Origin: Nanobdellota archaeon
GTDB taxonomy: Archaea; Nanobdellota; Nanobdellia; Pacearchaeales; GW2011-AR1
NCBI GenBank assembly: GCA_021799535.1
Contig: JAJZAH010000001.1
Coordinates: forward strand, 32,254 to 96,253
DNA: 64,000 bases
Direction of reading: 5' to 3'
In this document: piece by piece, positions 17,949 through 27,501 of the stretch
Position numbering within the stretch: position 1 is the first letter of the stretch
Layout: every line of letters starts with the position of its first letter
Notes under the pieces: model-generated
Told to the model about the DNA's origin: nothing
Database searches by the model: none
The model's input: only the letters and a program-made list of their open reading frames with translations
Position numbers and translations under genes: made by a program

Positions 17949-19406
17949 ATGGAAGAAAAAAGGCAGGGAGAAGGCCTAAATGTAAAGAAAGAAGAAAACT
18001 TTTCAGACTGGTTCAGTGAAGTTATAGAAAAAGCTGAGATAGTTGATTTGAGACTGGGAGTAAAGGGATTTATTGTCATAAGACCTTGGGGGGCACAGAT
18101 CATAGAGAATATGTTTGAACACCTGGAGAAGGAACTTCAGAGAAAAGGCCATAAACCTACCTTCATGCCATCTGTAATTCCAAAAGAGAACCTTACAAAA
18201 GAGAGCGAACACATAAAGGGATTTACACCTGAGGTATTTTGGCTTAAAAGCATAGGAGAGAATCAGGAACTTGCATTGAGACCCACATCAGAGACTGTCT
18301 ATACTCCAATGTTCAAACTTTGGGTCAGAAGCTGGAGGGATTTGCCTTTGAAACTTTACCAAAGAGCACACGTCTTCAGACTTGACACCAAAGCCACAAG
18401 GCCGTTGATTAGAGGAAGGGAATTCATATGGATAGAATGTCATGATGCCTTTGCATCAAAGGAAGAAGCGGAGAAGCAAGTTCAGGAGGATATAGACACG
18501 ACCGAAAAAGTTATGCACCAAATTTACGGAGTCCCATTTTTCCCCATGAAAAGGCCTGAATGGGACAAATTTGCGGGAGCTGAGTACACAGTCGGATCTG
18601 ATTGTTTCATGCCGGACGGAAAGTTGATACAACAACCATCAACGCACTTAATGGGACAAAAGTTCTCAAAAGCTTTTAATGCAAAATTCAAAAATAAAGA
18701 AGATAAAGAAGAATATCTCTGGACCACTGCATACGGACCAGCTGTCTCAAGGATACTGGCTTCGGTTATCGCAACACACGGGGATGATTCAGGACTCATA
18801 CTGCCTTTTTCAATTTCACCTATACAAGTTGTAATAATCCCCATATTTACAAATAAAAACAAAGAAGAGATTATGGAAAAAACGAGCAAGATAAAATCTC
18901 TCTTAGAGAAAAAAGACGTCAAAGTTCATGTCGACGATGAAGCAGAAAAAAGACCAGGCGAGAAATACCACTTGTGGGAACTGAAGGGAATACCGTTCAG
19001 GATTGAATTCGGAGAAAAAGAGATGAAAAGCGATGAAATTACTTTGTTCACAAGAGATACAAAAGAAAAGAAAAAAATCAAGATAGCGGACTTAAGCGAT
19101 ATAAAGAAAATGGGAGAAGAATTCGACAGGAGGCTGCGTGAAAAAGCTGATGATTTTTCTAAAGGAAGAATTTTAGACTGCAATGACAAAAAAGAGATAA
19201 AAAGAGCAATAGAGTCCGGGAAAATGGCAAGGGTGAACTTCTGCTCAACGGAAAAAGAGGGGATTAAATGTGCAGAAGCTGTGGAAACCCAGCTGGGGGG
19301 AGACGTCAGGGGCACCTTAGCAAACAAAGATGAGATTCCAAAAGGGGACTGCATAATCTGCGGGAAACCGGCAACAAAAGTCGTGTATATAGGAAAAAGT
19401 TATTAA
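17949..19406 (+). CDS. proS: prolyl-tRNA synthetase, archaeal/eukaryotic type
   Basis: LRPTSETVYTPMFKLWVRSWRDLPLKLYQ and FRLDTKATRPLIRGREFIW match class IIa motifs. The C-terminal Zn-binding domain ends in Tyr (...YIGKSY). Confidence 0.93.
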   Translation: MEEKRQGEGLNVKKEENFSDWFSEVIEKAEIVDLRLGVKGFIVIRPWGAQIIENMFEHLEKELQRKGHKPTFMPSVIPKENLTKESEHIKGFTPEVFWLKSIGENQELALRPTSETVYTPMFKLWVRSWRDLPLKLYQRAHVFRLDTKATRPLIRGREFIWIECHDAFASKEEAEKQVQEDIDTTEKVMHQIYGVPFFPMKRPEWDKFAGAEYTVGSDCFMPDGKLIQQPSTHLMGQKFSKAFNAKFKNKEDKEEYLWTTAYGPAVSRILASVIATHGDDSGLILPFSISPIQVVIIPIFTNKNKEEIMEKTSKIKSLLEKKDVKVHVDDEAEKRPGEKYHLWELKGIPFRIEFGEKEMKSDEITLFTRDTKEKKKIKIADLSDIKKMGEEFDRRLREKADDFSKGRILDCNDKKEIKRAIESGKMARVNFCSTEKEGIKCAEAVETQLGGDVRGTLANKDEIPKGDCIICGKPATKVVYIGKSY

Positions 19407-19732
19407 ATGCGGGAGTTCCTCCTGCAAAAATTTCCAGGGAGTTTAGTCTTCTTCAAAGATTATTGAGTTAAGTTCATCTTCAAGGGCAAAAGTCCTTTCA
19501 TACAAAGAACTCAACTCCTTTTCAATTTCCATCTTTTCGGCTTCCTTTTCCATTGTGCGCGTTATTTTCCACGCGACTCGGATTAACTAAGAATCATCTG
19601 CTCAATTTAATCCAAGCCGGGTGAATTAAATCAAGCTTAATTTAGGAGAGTAATAACTGGCTTAAAGCAATAATTCCATGATAAGGATGCCTCAAGTTTT
19701 TTACTCATAAAAATTGCAGGGCACTTTCCTTT

Positions 19733-20776
19733 TTAATCTTTTTGCTTCATGATGAAAAGAAGATTTTTTTCAAAAAGGTCTAACTGATCTTTGTCCATCT
19801 GGGCCCCGACCGCGTCTTTGTGACCACCATAAGTTGCAAGAGGGATATCTTTTATAGCTTTTTCAACAATATCCCGTGCATCTTTCCCTCTTATTGAAAG
19901 ATTGACCCTCGCCCCTTTCAGGAACGCAACAACAATAAACTTTTTTGGGAAGAAGAAACTAAGTTTGTTGGATAAATCTGCGCTCATCGAGATCTCTCCG
20001 GAATATCTAAAGAATAAAAGTCTTCCGGATTTGGTCCCATTTCTGGCTTTATCATAAAGTTTTTGCATTTTGTTATCAATGGTACTAAAGCGTCTATGGA
20101 ATGAAAGATTGTCCGGCCTTTCTTCAAGCACTTCATAAGGAGTTTTTGCATTGACGAGGAATTTTATCATTTTCACAACCATCGTCGTCCTGTCCTTTAA
20201 TCCGGCTCCCATCATCCTCGAGATTTTACCAATCTCGGAAAAATAAAAGATTTCAAATGGATCCTTTGATTTCATTCCCAAATCAGGGTATTCCTTCAAA
20301 AAAGCTGAATATTCAAAAGGAAAAAATCGGTCAGCAAGGCATCCGGCAACGAGTATCCAAAGGTCTGACTTGTCCCTTGTTATTTCATAACATATCCTTG
20401 TCACGGGTTCTGCTCCTCCGTCAGAAAAGAGAGGATTGTAATAGTATACCTCGGGAGGTATTTTTTCTTTGTCGTTCTCGTGGTGATCTATCCAGACAAC
20501 ATGGATATTTCTCTCTTTTGCAAGTGAGAAGAAATCATCGGAAACCCTTGGTTGGTCAAGGATAAAGATATAATCCGGATTGAATTCATCAACTTTCCTG
20601 AAATAGTCTTTATCAAGGGGGGAAGTTTTTATAGGCACGCCATTCCCTTTTTTATAGAACCTCCTCAGGAGCAAATAACCGCAAAGCCCGTCCTGATCAT
20701 TATCAAAATAAAAAAGGGGGTTTTGCGCTTTTTCAAGATGATCCCTTAGTCCATTGATTTCATCCTCATTGATCAT
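19733..20776 (-). CDS. DHH/DHHA1 family phosphoesterase, paralog 2
   Basis: FDNDQDGLCG (DxD), WIDHHEN (DHH) and YGGHKDAVGAQ (DHHA1). It lies directly downstream of disA on the same strand. Confidence 0.75.
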   Translation of the reverse strand: MINEDEINGLRDHLEKAQNPLFYFDNDQDGLCGYLLLRRFYKKGNGVPIKTSPLDKDYFRKVDEFNPDYIFILDQPRVSDDFFSLAKERNIHVVWIDHHENDKEKIPPEVYYYNPLFSDGGAEPVTRICYEITRDKSDLWILVAGCLADRFFPFEYSAFLKEYPDLGMKSKDPFEIFYFSEIGKISRMMGAGLKDRTTMVVKMIKFLVNAKTPYEVLEERPDNLSFHRRFSTIDNKMQKLYDKARNGTKSGRLLFFRYSGEISMSADLSNKLSFFFPKKFIVVAFLKGARVNLSIRGKDARDIVEKAIKDIPLATYGGHKDAVGAQMDKDQLDLFEKNLLFIMKQKD

Positions 20777-20822
20777 AAAGAATAAAACAAAGATCAGTAT
20801 AAAAGGTTTTTAGAGCGCGAGT

Positions 20823-21917
20823 TTAAAGTCCCTTTCCGAGGTTTATCTTCTCTTTCAGATTATAAATCTCTTCCCTAAAAAATGAAAGCATAGATTCGCT
20901 GCCAAGCACCTCAAGGAGCTCCTCATTGCTCGCACCAAGAATAGTAGAGAAATCATGAAAGTTTCCTATGAGCAAATCAACATACCTATCGAGAAGGTTT
21001 GTCTTCCCAAGCAGCCTGAGCCCTTTGGGAGAGATATTTTTATCATGCAGTTCCTCAAACAAAAGCCTCGAGATATTCATTGGCTCAAGCAGGAAATCAA
21101 AATCCATTTTTTCAAGGATCTCCAGAGAAGACGAATGATTAGGGCCAAAATAATCTTTTAGAATCATCTCTTCTTCTTTTTGGAGACCTCCCATCAGTTC
21201 TTTTAGCCTCATCTTAACAATAACCCCCTCTTGCCCGAGTTCAATAAGATACCTTTGCACAAGCTCCGAAATTCTTTTCATTATCTCGACTCTTTGAAGC
21301 ACAGAGCAGACATCATTTATCGTTGAATGTCTCCTGAGCTCAAGAGAATTGAGTTCTGACAATAGCTCGTCAAAAACATCCCTCTGCTTTTCAAGAATTT
21401 GGAGCGTTTCTGATGCTCTTCTCAGAATCTCGGAACTCCTCTGGAGCTGATAGCTGGAATTACCGTAAAACAGAGAAATTTTATTCTTTCTCTCTGAAAC
21501 TGCTATGACTATTGAATTTGTCTGCTTTGCAGTCCTTTCCGCAGCTTTATGTCTTGTCCCTGTTTCCTTTGTAGGGATGGAAACATCTGGAGATAAAAGT
21601 GTATTTGCATAAAGTATTTCTTTAGCATCCTTTGAAAGTATTATAGCTCCGTCCATTTTCGCAAGTTCAACAAGTTTCTGGGCGCTGAATTTTGTATTGA
21701 CCCTGAATCCTCCGTCGATCAAAGGTTCAACACCTCCATTATCAAGAACTATAAGAGCGCCCATCTTCGCATTAAGAAAATCATCAAGAGCGATCCTAAG
21801 GCTTGTGCCAGGAGCAACCATTTTAAGGACATCTATAAAATCTTTCTCCGGCTCGCCTTCTAAACTCTCCTTCGAGAAAGGAAGAAAAATCTCTTCTGGG
21901 TTTTGTATTTCAGCCAT
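20823..21917 (-). CDS. disA: DisA-type diadenylate cyclase (DNA integrity scanning protein)
   Basis: N-terminal DAC domain with MDGAIIL and TGTRHKAAERTAKQT, a helical linker and a C-terminal HhH region (...LLGKTNLLDRYVDLLIGNF...ILGASNEELLEVLG). The 364-aa length matches DisA architecture. Confidence 0.85.
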   Translation of the reverse strand: MAEIQNPEEIFLPFSKESLEGEPEKDFIDVLKMVAPGTSLRIALDDFLNAKMGALIVLDNGGVEPLIDGGFRVNTKFSAQKLVELAKMDGAIILSKDAKEILYANTLLSPDVSIPTKETGTRHKAAERTAKQTNSIVIAVSERKNKISLFYGNSSYQLQRSSEILRRASETLQILEKQRDVFDELLSELNSLELRRHSTINDVCSVLQRVEIMKRISELVQRYLIELGQEGVIVKMRLKELMGGLQKEEEMILKDYFGPNHSSSLEILEKMDFDFLLEPMNISRLLFEELHDKNISPKGLRLLGKTNLLDRYVDLLIGNFHDFSTILGASNEELLEVLGSESMLSFFREEIYNLKEKINLGKGL

Positions 21918-22088
21918 AAGTATCGCCTCTTTATCAGGAATCTTACTCCATGAGAGAAAAAATCTTCACTTCTATTTAAATATTTATCTGAACTGGATGT
22001 AACAAGAGTTTGTAAGCCCAAAATTTGAATGTATCCACCTCCACTGCTTAAATAAGCGCACTTATCAAACAAAACCAAAACACCAAAA

Positions 22089-22991
22089 TCAAAGAAACCT
22101 TGAGAATATAAGCGGCAAAGCAATAGTTGCATCACACAAAACATCCACATATTCAGCATCATGTTCCAGCTTCCCCCAACTTTTTCCTTCAACTAAAGGT
22201 GCCCCTGAAGAACCCCCCCCAGCTGGGGAATCTGTAGTTATCTGGATCCCATAGTTTGCAGCGGTCGAAAATTGGAGGCTCTGTTGTATAAAATTCTTCG
22301 GAACCCCTCCACCGATGTAGATTACTCCTTTCCTCTTTGAAACCCACGAAAAATCGATTATATCATTCATATCCTCAAAAGCTCCGACTTTTATTGTCTT
22401 TCCTGCAGCAAGTCTACCCCAAATCATCAAGCCTATCCCGGAATCTGCAAGCGAAGGGCAATAGATTGGGACGTTATTTTTATAGCAAGCCTTCAAAATA
22501 CTGTTTGAGTTATCTGGCAAAAGTTCTCCAATCTTTGAAAGAAGATCTTTTATCTTTGTGATATCTTTGAACAAATCCCAATTTAATGAGAAAAAGTTTT
22601 CAAGGTCTCCATACACATCATTTTTCATGAGAACATTATATATTCTGTCATAGCCTTCCTTGTTAAACTTCTCGTCATTCCAGGTATCACAGTGGTAATG
22701 ATTATGGCCGAGAGATTCCGCAAGGTCATGTGTGAGATTTGCACCTGTTGTTACAAGAACGTTTATATATTTTTTATTAATTAAGTCTATTATCAGCTGT
22801 TTCATGCCCCCGGGAACCATGGCTCCTGCAACGCCAAGGAACACCTTGCATTCTTTGTCTGAAAACATTTCCTCCGCAATCTTCGCAGCAAGACCTATCT
22901 TTCTTGCTCCAAACCCAGTCTTGGCCATTGCATCGACAAGGTCTTTCACTTTCATATCCTTAGATACTTTTATTGGGATGACTTTCTCCAT
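22089..22991 (-). CDS. dys: deoxyhypusine synthase
   Basis: GAMVPGGM, TTGANLTHD, IGGGVPKNFIQQ and EGKSWGK (catalytic Lys region). Confidence 0.88.
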   Translation of the reverse strand: MEKVIPIKVSKDMKVKDLVDAMAKTGFGARKIGLAAKIAEEMFSDKECKVFLGVAGAMVPGGMKQLIIDLINKKYINVLVTTGANLTHDLAESLGHNHYHCDTWNDEKFNKEGYDRIYNVLMKNDVYGDLENFFSLNWDLFKDITKIKDLLSKIGELLPDNSNSILKACYKNNVPIYCPSLADSGIGLMIWGRLAAGKTIKVGAFEDMNDIIDFSWVSKRKGVIYIGGGVPKNFIQQSLQFSTAANYGIQITTDSPAGGGSSGAPLVEGKSWGKLEHDAEYVDVLCDATIALPLIFSRFL

Positions 22992-23021
22992 AAAAAAAGG
23001 ATAGATGCACCCTTAAAAAAA

Positions 23022-23768
23022 CTATTGTTTCTCAAAAATCCGGCGAAGCTCTTTGTAAAATTCAGGGGATTGGTCATTACTACTTTTAAGGCTAAGATTC
23101 ATCTCGACAAGATCCAAAAATTTGAAACCCCCAAGCAGAGAAAGTTCATTAAAAAGATCGAAAAATCCTTTACTTAAACCCCCAGCTTCCGGATATCCTG
23201 TCTTGGAAATCAATGATGAGTCAAATACGTCAATGTCAAGGGAGACATAGAGAATTCCTGTCTTCGCAAATTTGATTATTTCATCTGTTCTTTTCCCAAA
23301 ATCATCTGAATAGATGAGGGATATACCTTTATCCTTAGCAAATTTTATCTCTTTTTTATCAATATTTTCAGAGTTTCTTCTCACTCCAGCAATAAGAATA
23401 TTTTCGGGTTTGAACCCTAACTCAACAACCGCCCTAACCCATTCTTCGTGGGTAGGCTCAGGCATAGGTTTCATAAGATCGGGATGTGCATCAAAAACAA
23501 TAAGTCTTGCCTGATTACCAAACTTCTCGAAAAAATTTCGGACAAGAGGAAAGCTTATAGAATGATCCCCCCCAAAAAAGAAAACCCTTCCATTATGGTT
23601 GAAATATTTTTTGGTCTTTTCAGATATCTCTGAAAGTTGTTCCAAGACATTCTTATTGTTGGTTTTTATTCTCTCAAAACTCTCAGGATCAGGAATGTAA
23701 TTAAGATTTAATTCACAACCTTTTGTTTTCCCCAGACCATTTATCCCTGGAACAAAAACACGTTTCAT
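23022..23768 (-). CDS. speB: agmatinase/ureohydrolase family protein (short form)
   Basis: Mn-binding motifs GGDHSIS, FDAHPDL and SLDIDVFD. Confidence 0.8.
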   Translation of the reverse strand: MKRVFVPGINGLGKTKGCELNLNYIPDPESFERIKTNNKNVLEQLSEISEKTKKYFNHNGRVFFFGGDHSISFPLVRNFFEKFGNQARLIVFDAHPDLMKPMPEPTHEEWVRAVVELGFKPENILIAGVRRNSENIDKKEIKFAKDKGISLIYSDDFGKRTDEIIKFAKTGILYVSLDIDVFDSSLISKTGYPEAGGLSKGFFDLFNELSLLGGFKFLDLVEMNLSLKSSNDQSPEFYKELRRIFEKQ

Positions 23769-23818
23769 GATGAGAATAGCATAATAATATTTTTAAAACC
23801 TCCAATCGTCAGAGTCCT

Positions 23819-24010
23819 ATGAATAAATGGTTGAAAATAACCTCTGGCTTGGCGGTTTTGATAATTGCCATTTATCTTATCCTGCCGGGAATGCCACTTT
23901 CTTCGTGGGGCTACGCAACGTTGGAACTTGTGAAGGGCGGAATAACTGTAGCAGTAATTTTGATGGGAATTGTATTAATAATTATTGGGATGAGCGAACT
24001 TAAGAATTAA
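23819..24010 (+). CDS. small membrane protein, hypothetical
   Basis: 63 aa with two hydrophobic segments. Confidence 0.35.
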   Translation: MNKWLKITSGLAVLIIAIYLILPGMPLSSWGYATLELVKGGITVAVILMGIVLIIIGMSELKN

Positions 24011-24015
24011 CTAAT

Positions 24016-24400
24016 TTAGAATAATTTTTCGACAAGCACTTCCAGAATTCCCAAGTTATTGGCAAAATGAAGATTATTATGGGAAAGGTTTCGATAATAG
24101 TTTAAAATTTGATTATACTTGATACCATCCACGCGATACATTATAAGAGGAACTTTTTTCAGACTATTTTCGTCTTCAGGAATACCCTCCCGCCAAACAC
24201 CCCATTGCAGTTTCTTGTCAAATCAGTCTGGAAAAAGTGACTTATAGCACCATCCAATGAAAAGTTCTCATTAAGAAAATGGAATATTCTAATCGGATCC
24301 TCAATATAGTCAAGTTTACCCTTTTTCTTATATTATCAGAATAATAATTTGGAATTTCTTCATAATCAAAAGCGAGTATTCTCTTTTTAGCATTTTCCAT
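24016..24400 (-). pseudogene. gene remnant broken by two frameshifts (family unknown)
   Basis: Three consecutive minus-strand reading segments in three frames. They read MENAKKRILAFDYEEIPNYYSDNIRK / GKLDYIEDPIRIFHFLNENFSLDGAISHFFQTDLTRNCNGVFGG / GIPEDENSLKKVPLIMYRVDGIKYNQILNYYRNLSHNNLHFANNLGILEVLVEKLF*. The first shift is at the AGAAAAAGGG run. Confidence 0.4.
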
Positions 24401-24448
24401 GAAAATATTTATTAGAATATTACTTTTAAATTTATGCGATATCCCAAA

Positions 24449-25072
24449 TCAAATTCCAAGAAAAATCAGAGTCCCTTCTATTATCGCAGCTATCACAAGA
24501 AGGGGAAGCACAACAAAAAAGTAGACAGAAGCCGATTTCTCAAGGAATCCCAGGAAAGTTTTCCATTTCCTCTTTGCGAAAATAAAAGTTGAGAATTTTA
24601 TTCCTAGACCAAATGATATGAATATTGCAGGCAACTCAAATATCCCATGGGGAAGAAGTCTCCACAGCGAAAGAATTCCGTCCTTTGATACACTTACATT
24701 CGAAGCAAAACCAAGGACAAACCCGTTAAGTATGGTCGAGAAAAAGGGAAAAATACCAAACACAAAACCGAAAAAGAGCCCGGCAAAGCCGGAGGTTGCA
24801 TTATTGCTGAAGATAAACGCGATAAGATCCATAATCCCAAGATCTTTTGTCCTTACCACAAGGCTCTCGAAATAGTTCAATATCTGAGATCTGAACGGCT
24901 CCGGGACAGGCACGAAAAAGCCAAGGAGTACAAAAAGAAAGAAAACCGCGATTGTGAAATAGATAAAATTTCTGGATTCCTTAAGATACTCAAATGCGAT
25001 TTCATACTGCCGCTCAATGGAACTTTTAAACTCCTTTCCCACGCTGTTTTTCTGCTTTTTTTTATTTCCCAT
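24449..25072 (-). CDS. SpoIIM/DUF95 family membrane protein
   Basis: Polytopic membrane protein with the family-typical LPHGIFELPA block. Confidence 0.65.
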   Translation of the reverse strand: MGNKKKQKNSVGKEFKSSIERQYEIAFEYLKESRNFIYFTIAVFFLFVLLGFFVPVPEPFRSQILNYFESLVVRTKDLGIMDLIAFIFSNNATSGFAGLFFGFVFGIFPFFSTILNGFVLGFASNVSVSKDGILSLWRLLPHGIFELPAIFISFGLGIKFSTFIFAKRKWKTFLGFLEKSASVYFFVVLPLLVIAAIIEGTLIFLGI

Positions 25073-25076
25073 GTTT

Positions 25077-25931
25077 TTACCTCAAAAGAGTCTGCCGTGA
25101 GAGCATGCTCACCTTATTTGGATATTTTTTTCTCAGGTAAAACCCGTAGGTAAGACCTATCAGCAAGCCTCCAAAGTGGGCTGAATTTCCTATGGGTAAA
25201 GGTATGAAAAGACCCACTATTACAAGAGGTATTATCGCAAGAATTGGAATTGCCCAAAAAGGCATCTCTATGGGAAGTGAAATTTTGTAAAGTCTTGGGT
25301 CAAATGAAAAAATTGCAAAGATCGACACAAAAATATAGACAGTAAATAAAATTCCAAGTGAAGCGACAAGCGTCGAATTGGGGTATACACTTCCTAAAAA
25401 CGACTCAAGGATAATCACAAAAAGCGGCCCTGCAACGAGACTTATCTTCTTGCTTGGAATGAGGACTGCAAGGACCCCGACGAGACCAAATATCGCTCCC
25501 GAAGCGCCAACCCCAACATCTATCGGATTTCCAAATAATTCGGCTCCAAGGGTACTATATCCGAAAAATCCCGAAAGCAATGCAAATATGAGTCCGGCAA
25601 ACAGGCCGGCAATCAGATAGAACCAGAAGTATCTTCTCCTTCCGATTATCTTTTCTAAAAGCATACCAACAAAAAAGAGAGAGATCATATTAAACAAGAT
25701 GTGCTCAAGACTCGCATGCATAAACATGCTTGTTAAAAAAGTCCATAAGTTCTGACCTTGAAGGACAAGAGAAGGCACAAGACCCACCTCGCTCCATAAT
25801 AAAACCCCTGCTGAAATTAATGAATAAAAAATAATGAAAAGCACCGAATTTAAAATTATAAGCCACCAAGTAACGCTCAGCTTCTCAAAAAGACTTCTTT
25901 TATGGTAGTGGGATAGTTGATAAATGTCCAT
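25077..25931 (-). CDS. rhomboid family intramembrane serine protease
   Basis: HASLEHILFNM, catalytic GASGAIFGL and AHFGGLLIG. Confidence 0.85.
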   Translation of the reverse strand: MDIYQLSHYHKRSLFEKLSVTWWLIILNSVLFIIFYSLISAGVLLWSEVGLVPSLVLQGQNLWTFLTSMFMHASLEHILFNMISLFFVGMLLEKIIGRRRYFWFYLIAGLFAGLIFALLSGFFGYSTLGAELFGNPIDVGVGASGAIFGLVGVLAVLIPSKKISLVAGPLFVIILESFLGSVYPNSTLVASLGILFTVYIFVSIFAIFSFDPRLYKISLPIEMPFWAIPILAIIPLVIVGLFIPLPIGNSAHFGGLLIGLTYGFYLRKKYPNKVSMLSRQTLLR

Positions 25932-25969
25932 TATGAAAAAACGCGTGAGACTTATTTAAATCTTCAGGA

Positions 25970-26734
25970 TTATCTTCTCTTTGCAAAATTTTTGACCTTG
26001 GATTTCCTGGTTCTTTGATGCGGCTTTACCTGAACTTTTACAGAGGATCTCTTGATTTTCGCGGCTTTGGAAGTTTTTCCTTTTGATTTTGCTTCAAATT
26101 TCTCCTTTTCTTTCTTTAGTTTCGCCCTCTTTTTCTTTTCTTCTTCTTTTTTCTTCTGCTTCTCTTTCTCCTCTTTTTTCATTTCTATATCCTTTTTCTT
26201 CGTCAGTTTAGCTTGCTCTTTTTCAAGTTCCAAGTTGACAACATCAAGTTTTTCATCTATCTTAGAGATAGACTTTTCAAGATCTTTTATCAGTTTTGAA
26301 TTATCCCTTATTGTGAAAACCTGTCCACACTCGTCACATGTAAAATCCATAAGAATAGCCTGATCCTCCCCGTATTCCAGATTACAAGATTCACAGATAT
26401 AGAATGTCTTCGAATTCCTGAGTGCGATCTCGTTTTGGATTTCTTTTTTAGTTTTAACCAGATGATCCCTGAGAAACTCAAGGCATTTCAGGATCTCAAA
26501 TCTCCAATAGTAAGTATACCATCCCTTCTTCTTGTCTTTTTTTCTGACTGACGAAACAAGTCCAAAATCTGAAATCTTATAAAGAATATTCCTCGTTTGG
26601 TTGATCGTGATACCAAGTTTTTTTGCAAGGACGAATTCGTTCACATATTTTGGGGTATTCAATAGATCAACAATACCTGTAGCGGATTTTCCAACGACAG
26701 AAACCACAACCTCTTCTAAAAGTTTATCGAGCAT
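25970..26734 (-). CDS. tfe: transcription factor E alpha (TFIIE-alpha homolog) with a long Lys/Glu-rich tail
   Basis: An N-terminal winged helix (...GWYTYYWRF...) is followed by a zinc ribbon CESC...CDEC. The C-terminal 90 aa or so are KE-rich. Confidence 0.7.
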   Translation of the reverse strand: MLDKLLEEVVVSVVGKSATGIVDLLNTPKYVNEFVLAKKLGITINQTRNILYKISDFGLVSSVRKKDKKKGWYTYYWRFEILKCLEFLRDHLVKTKKEIQNEIALRNSKTFYICESCNLEYGEDQAILMDFTCDECGQVFTIRDNSKLIKDLEKSISKIDEKLDVVNLELEKEQAKLTKKKDIEMKKEEKEKQKKKEEEKKKRAKLKKEKEKFEAKSKGKTSKAAKIKRSSVKVQVKPHQRTRKSKVKNFAKRR

Positions 26735-26765
26735 AAGGAAATTAAAAAAAATTAATTAAAATACC

Positions 26766-26830
26766 TTTCGGTTTTGTTCGAAGAAGAAAATCGCAGAAAG
26801 ACTGCGAGAATTTCTTTTCGGTTTTGTTCG
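26766..26830. repeat. 15-bp exact direct repeat flanking a short hairpin in the tfe / 26935 divergent intergenic region
   Basis: tttcggttttgttcg occurs at 26766-26780 and 26816-26830, each followed by a purine-rich (a/g)a(a/g)gaa...aaatc. The hairpin tcgcag-aaaga-ctgcga lies at 26791-26807. Confidence 0.6.
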
Positions 26831-26934
26831 GAGGAAAAATCATAAGATAGCTTTCAGTTTAAGAAAGAAGACATTAAGCCTTAGGGAATAACCTTTTTAA
26901 AGTATATACTCTAATATATATTTAAAGGTGTGAA

Positions 26935-27501
26935 ATGGCATTATTCTCAAAGAAGAGTGATCAAAAGGAGCCGGCAATACCCAAGTTGCCCGAGTTACCA
27001 AGTCTGCCTTCTCTCCCAGCACATTTCCCCGATATGGATTCTGCAGATTCAGACAGTGATATTCCAGAACTTCCAAGCTTTCCTTCAGGAGGGATGGGGG
27101 ACAAGTTCTCGAGAGATACTATAAAAAACGCAATATCGGGTGATGATGAAGACGAACCGGCAATAAGCCCTGACGAACTTATACCAAGACCCTCACTGCC
27201 CGTACCTCAAAAACCCATGCAGTTGGATAAGATGAAGCTGGTTGCACCGATGGAGAGACCGGAAAAAAGGACCATCCCACGGGAAACTGGACCAGTATTT
27301 GTAAGGATAGACAAATTTGAAGAAGCTCTTGAAGTTTTTAAGGAAACGAGAAAAAAGATAGAAGAAATAGAAAGTCTCCTGAGCCAAACTAAAGAGATAA
27401 AGCAAAAAGAAGAAGAGGAATTGTCAACTTGGGAAGAGGAAATCCAGGATATGAAACAGCAGATTGAGAAAGTTGACAGAGACATTTTCTCAAGGATATA
27501 A
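26935..27501 (+). CDS. hypothetical protein with a Pro-rich N-terminus and a coiled-coil C-terminus
   Basis: PELPSLPSLP and IPELPSFPSG repeats, then PVFVRIDKFEEALEVFKE... and a heptad-like KE-rich tail. Confidence 0.5.
   Translation: MALFSKKSDQKEPAIPKLPELPSLPSLPAHFPDMDSADSDSDIPELPSFPSGGMGDKFSRDTIKNAISGDDEDEPAISPDELIPRPSLPVPQKPMQLDKMKLVAPMERPEKRTIPRETGPVFVRIDKFEEALEVFKETRKKIEEIESLLSQTKEIKQKEEEELSTWEEEIQDMKQQIEKVDRDIFSRI

Noticed and set aside
19448-19558. 36-aa minus-strand ORF (MEKEAEKMEIEKELSSLYERTFALEDELNSIIFEED)
   Set aside because: It is too short, lacks a recognisable start context and is of unknown family.
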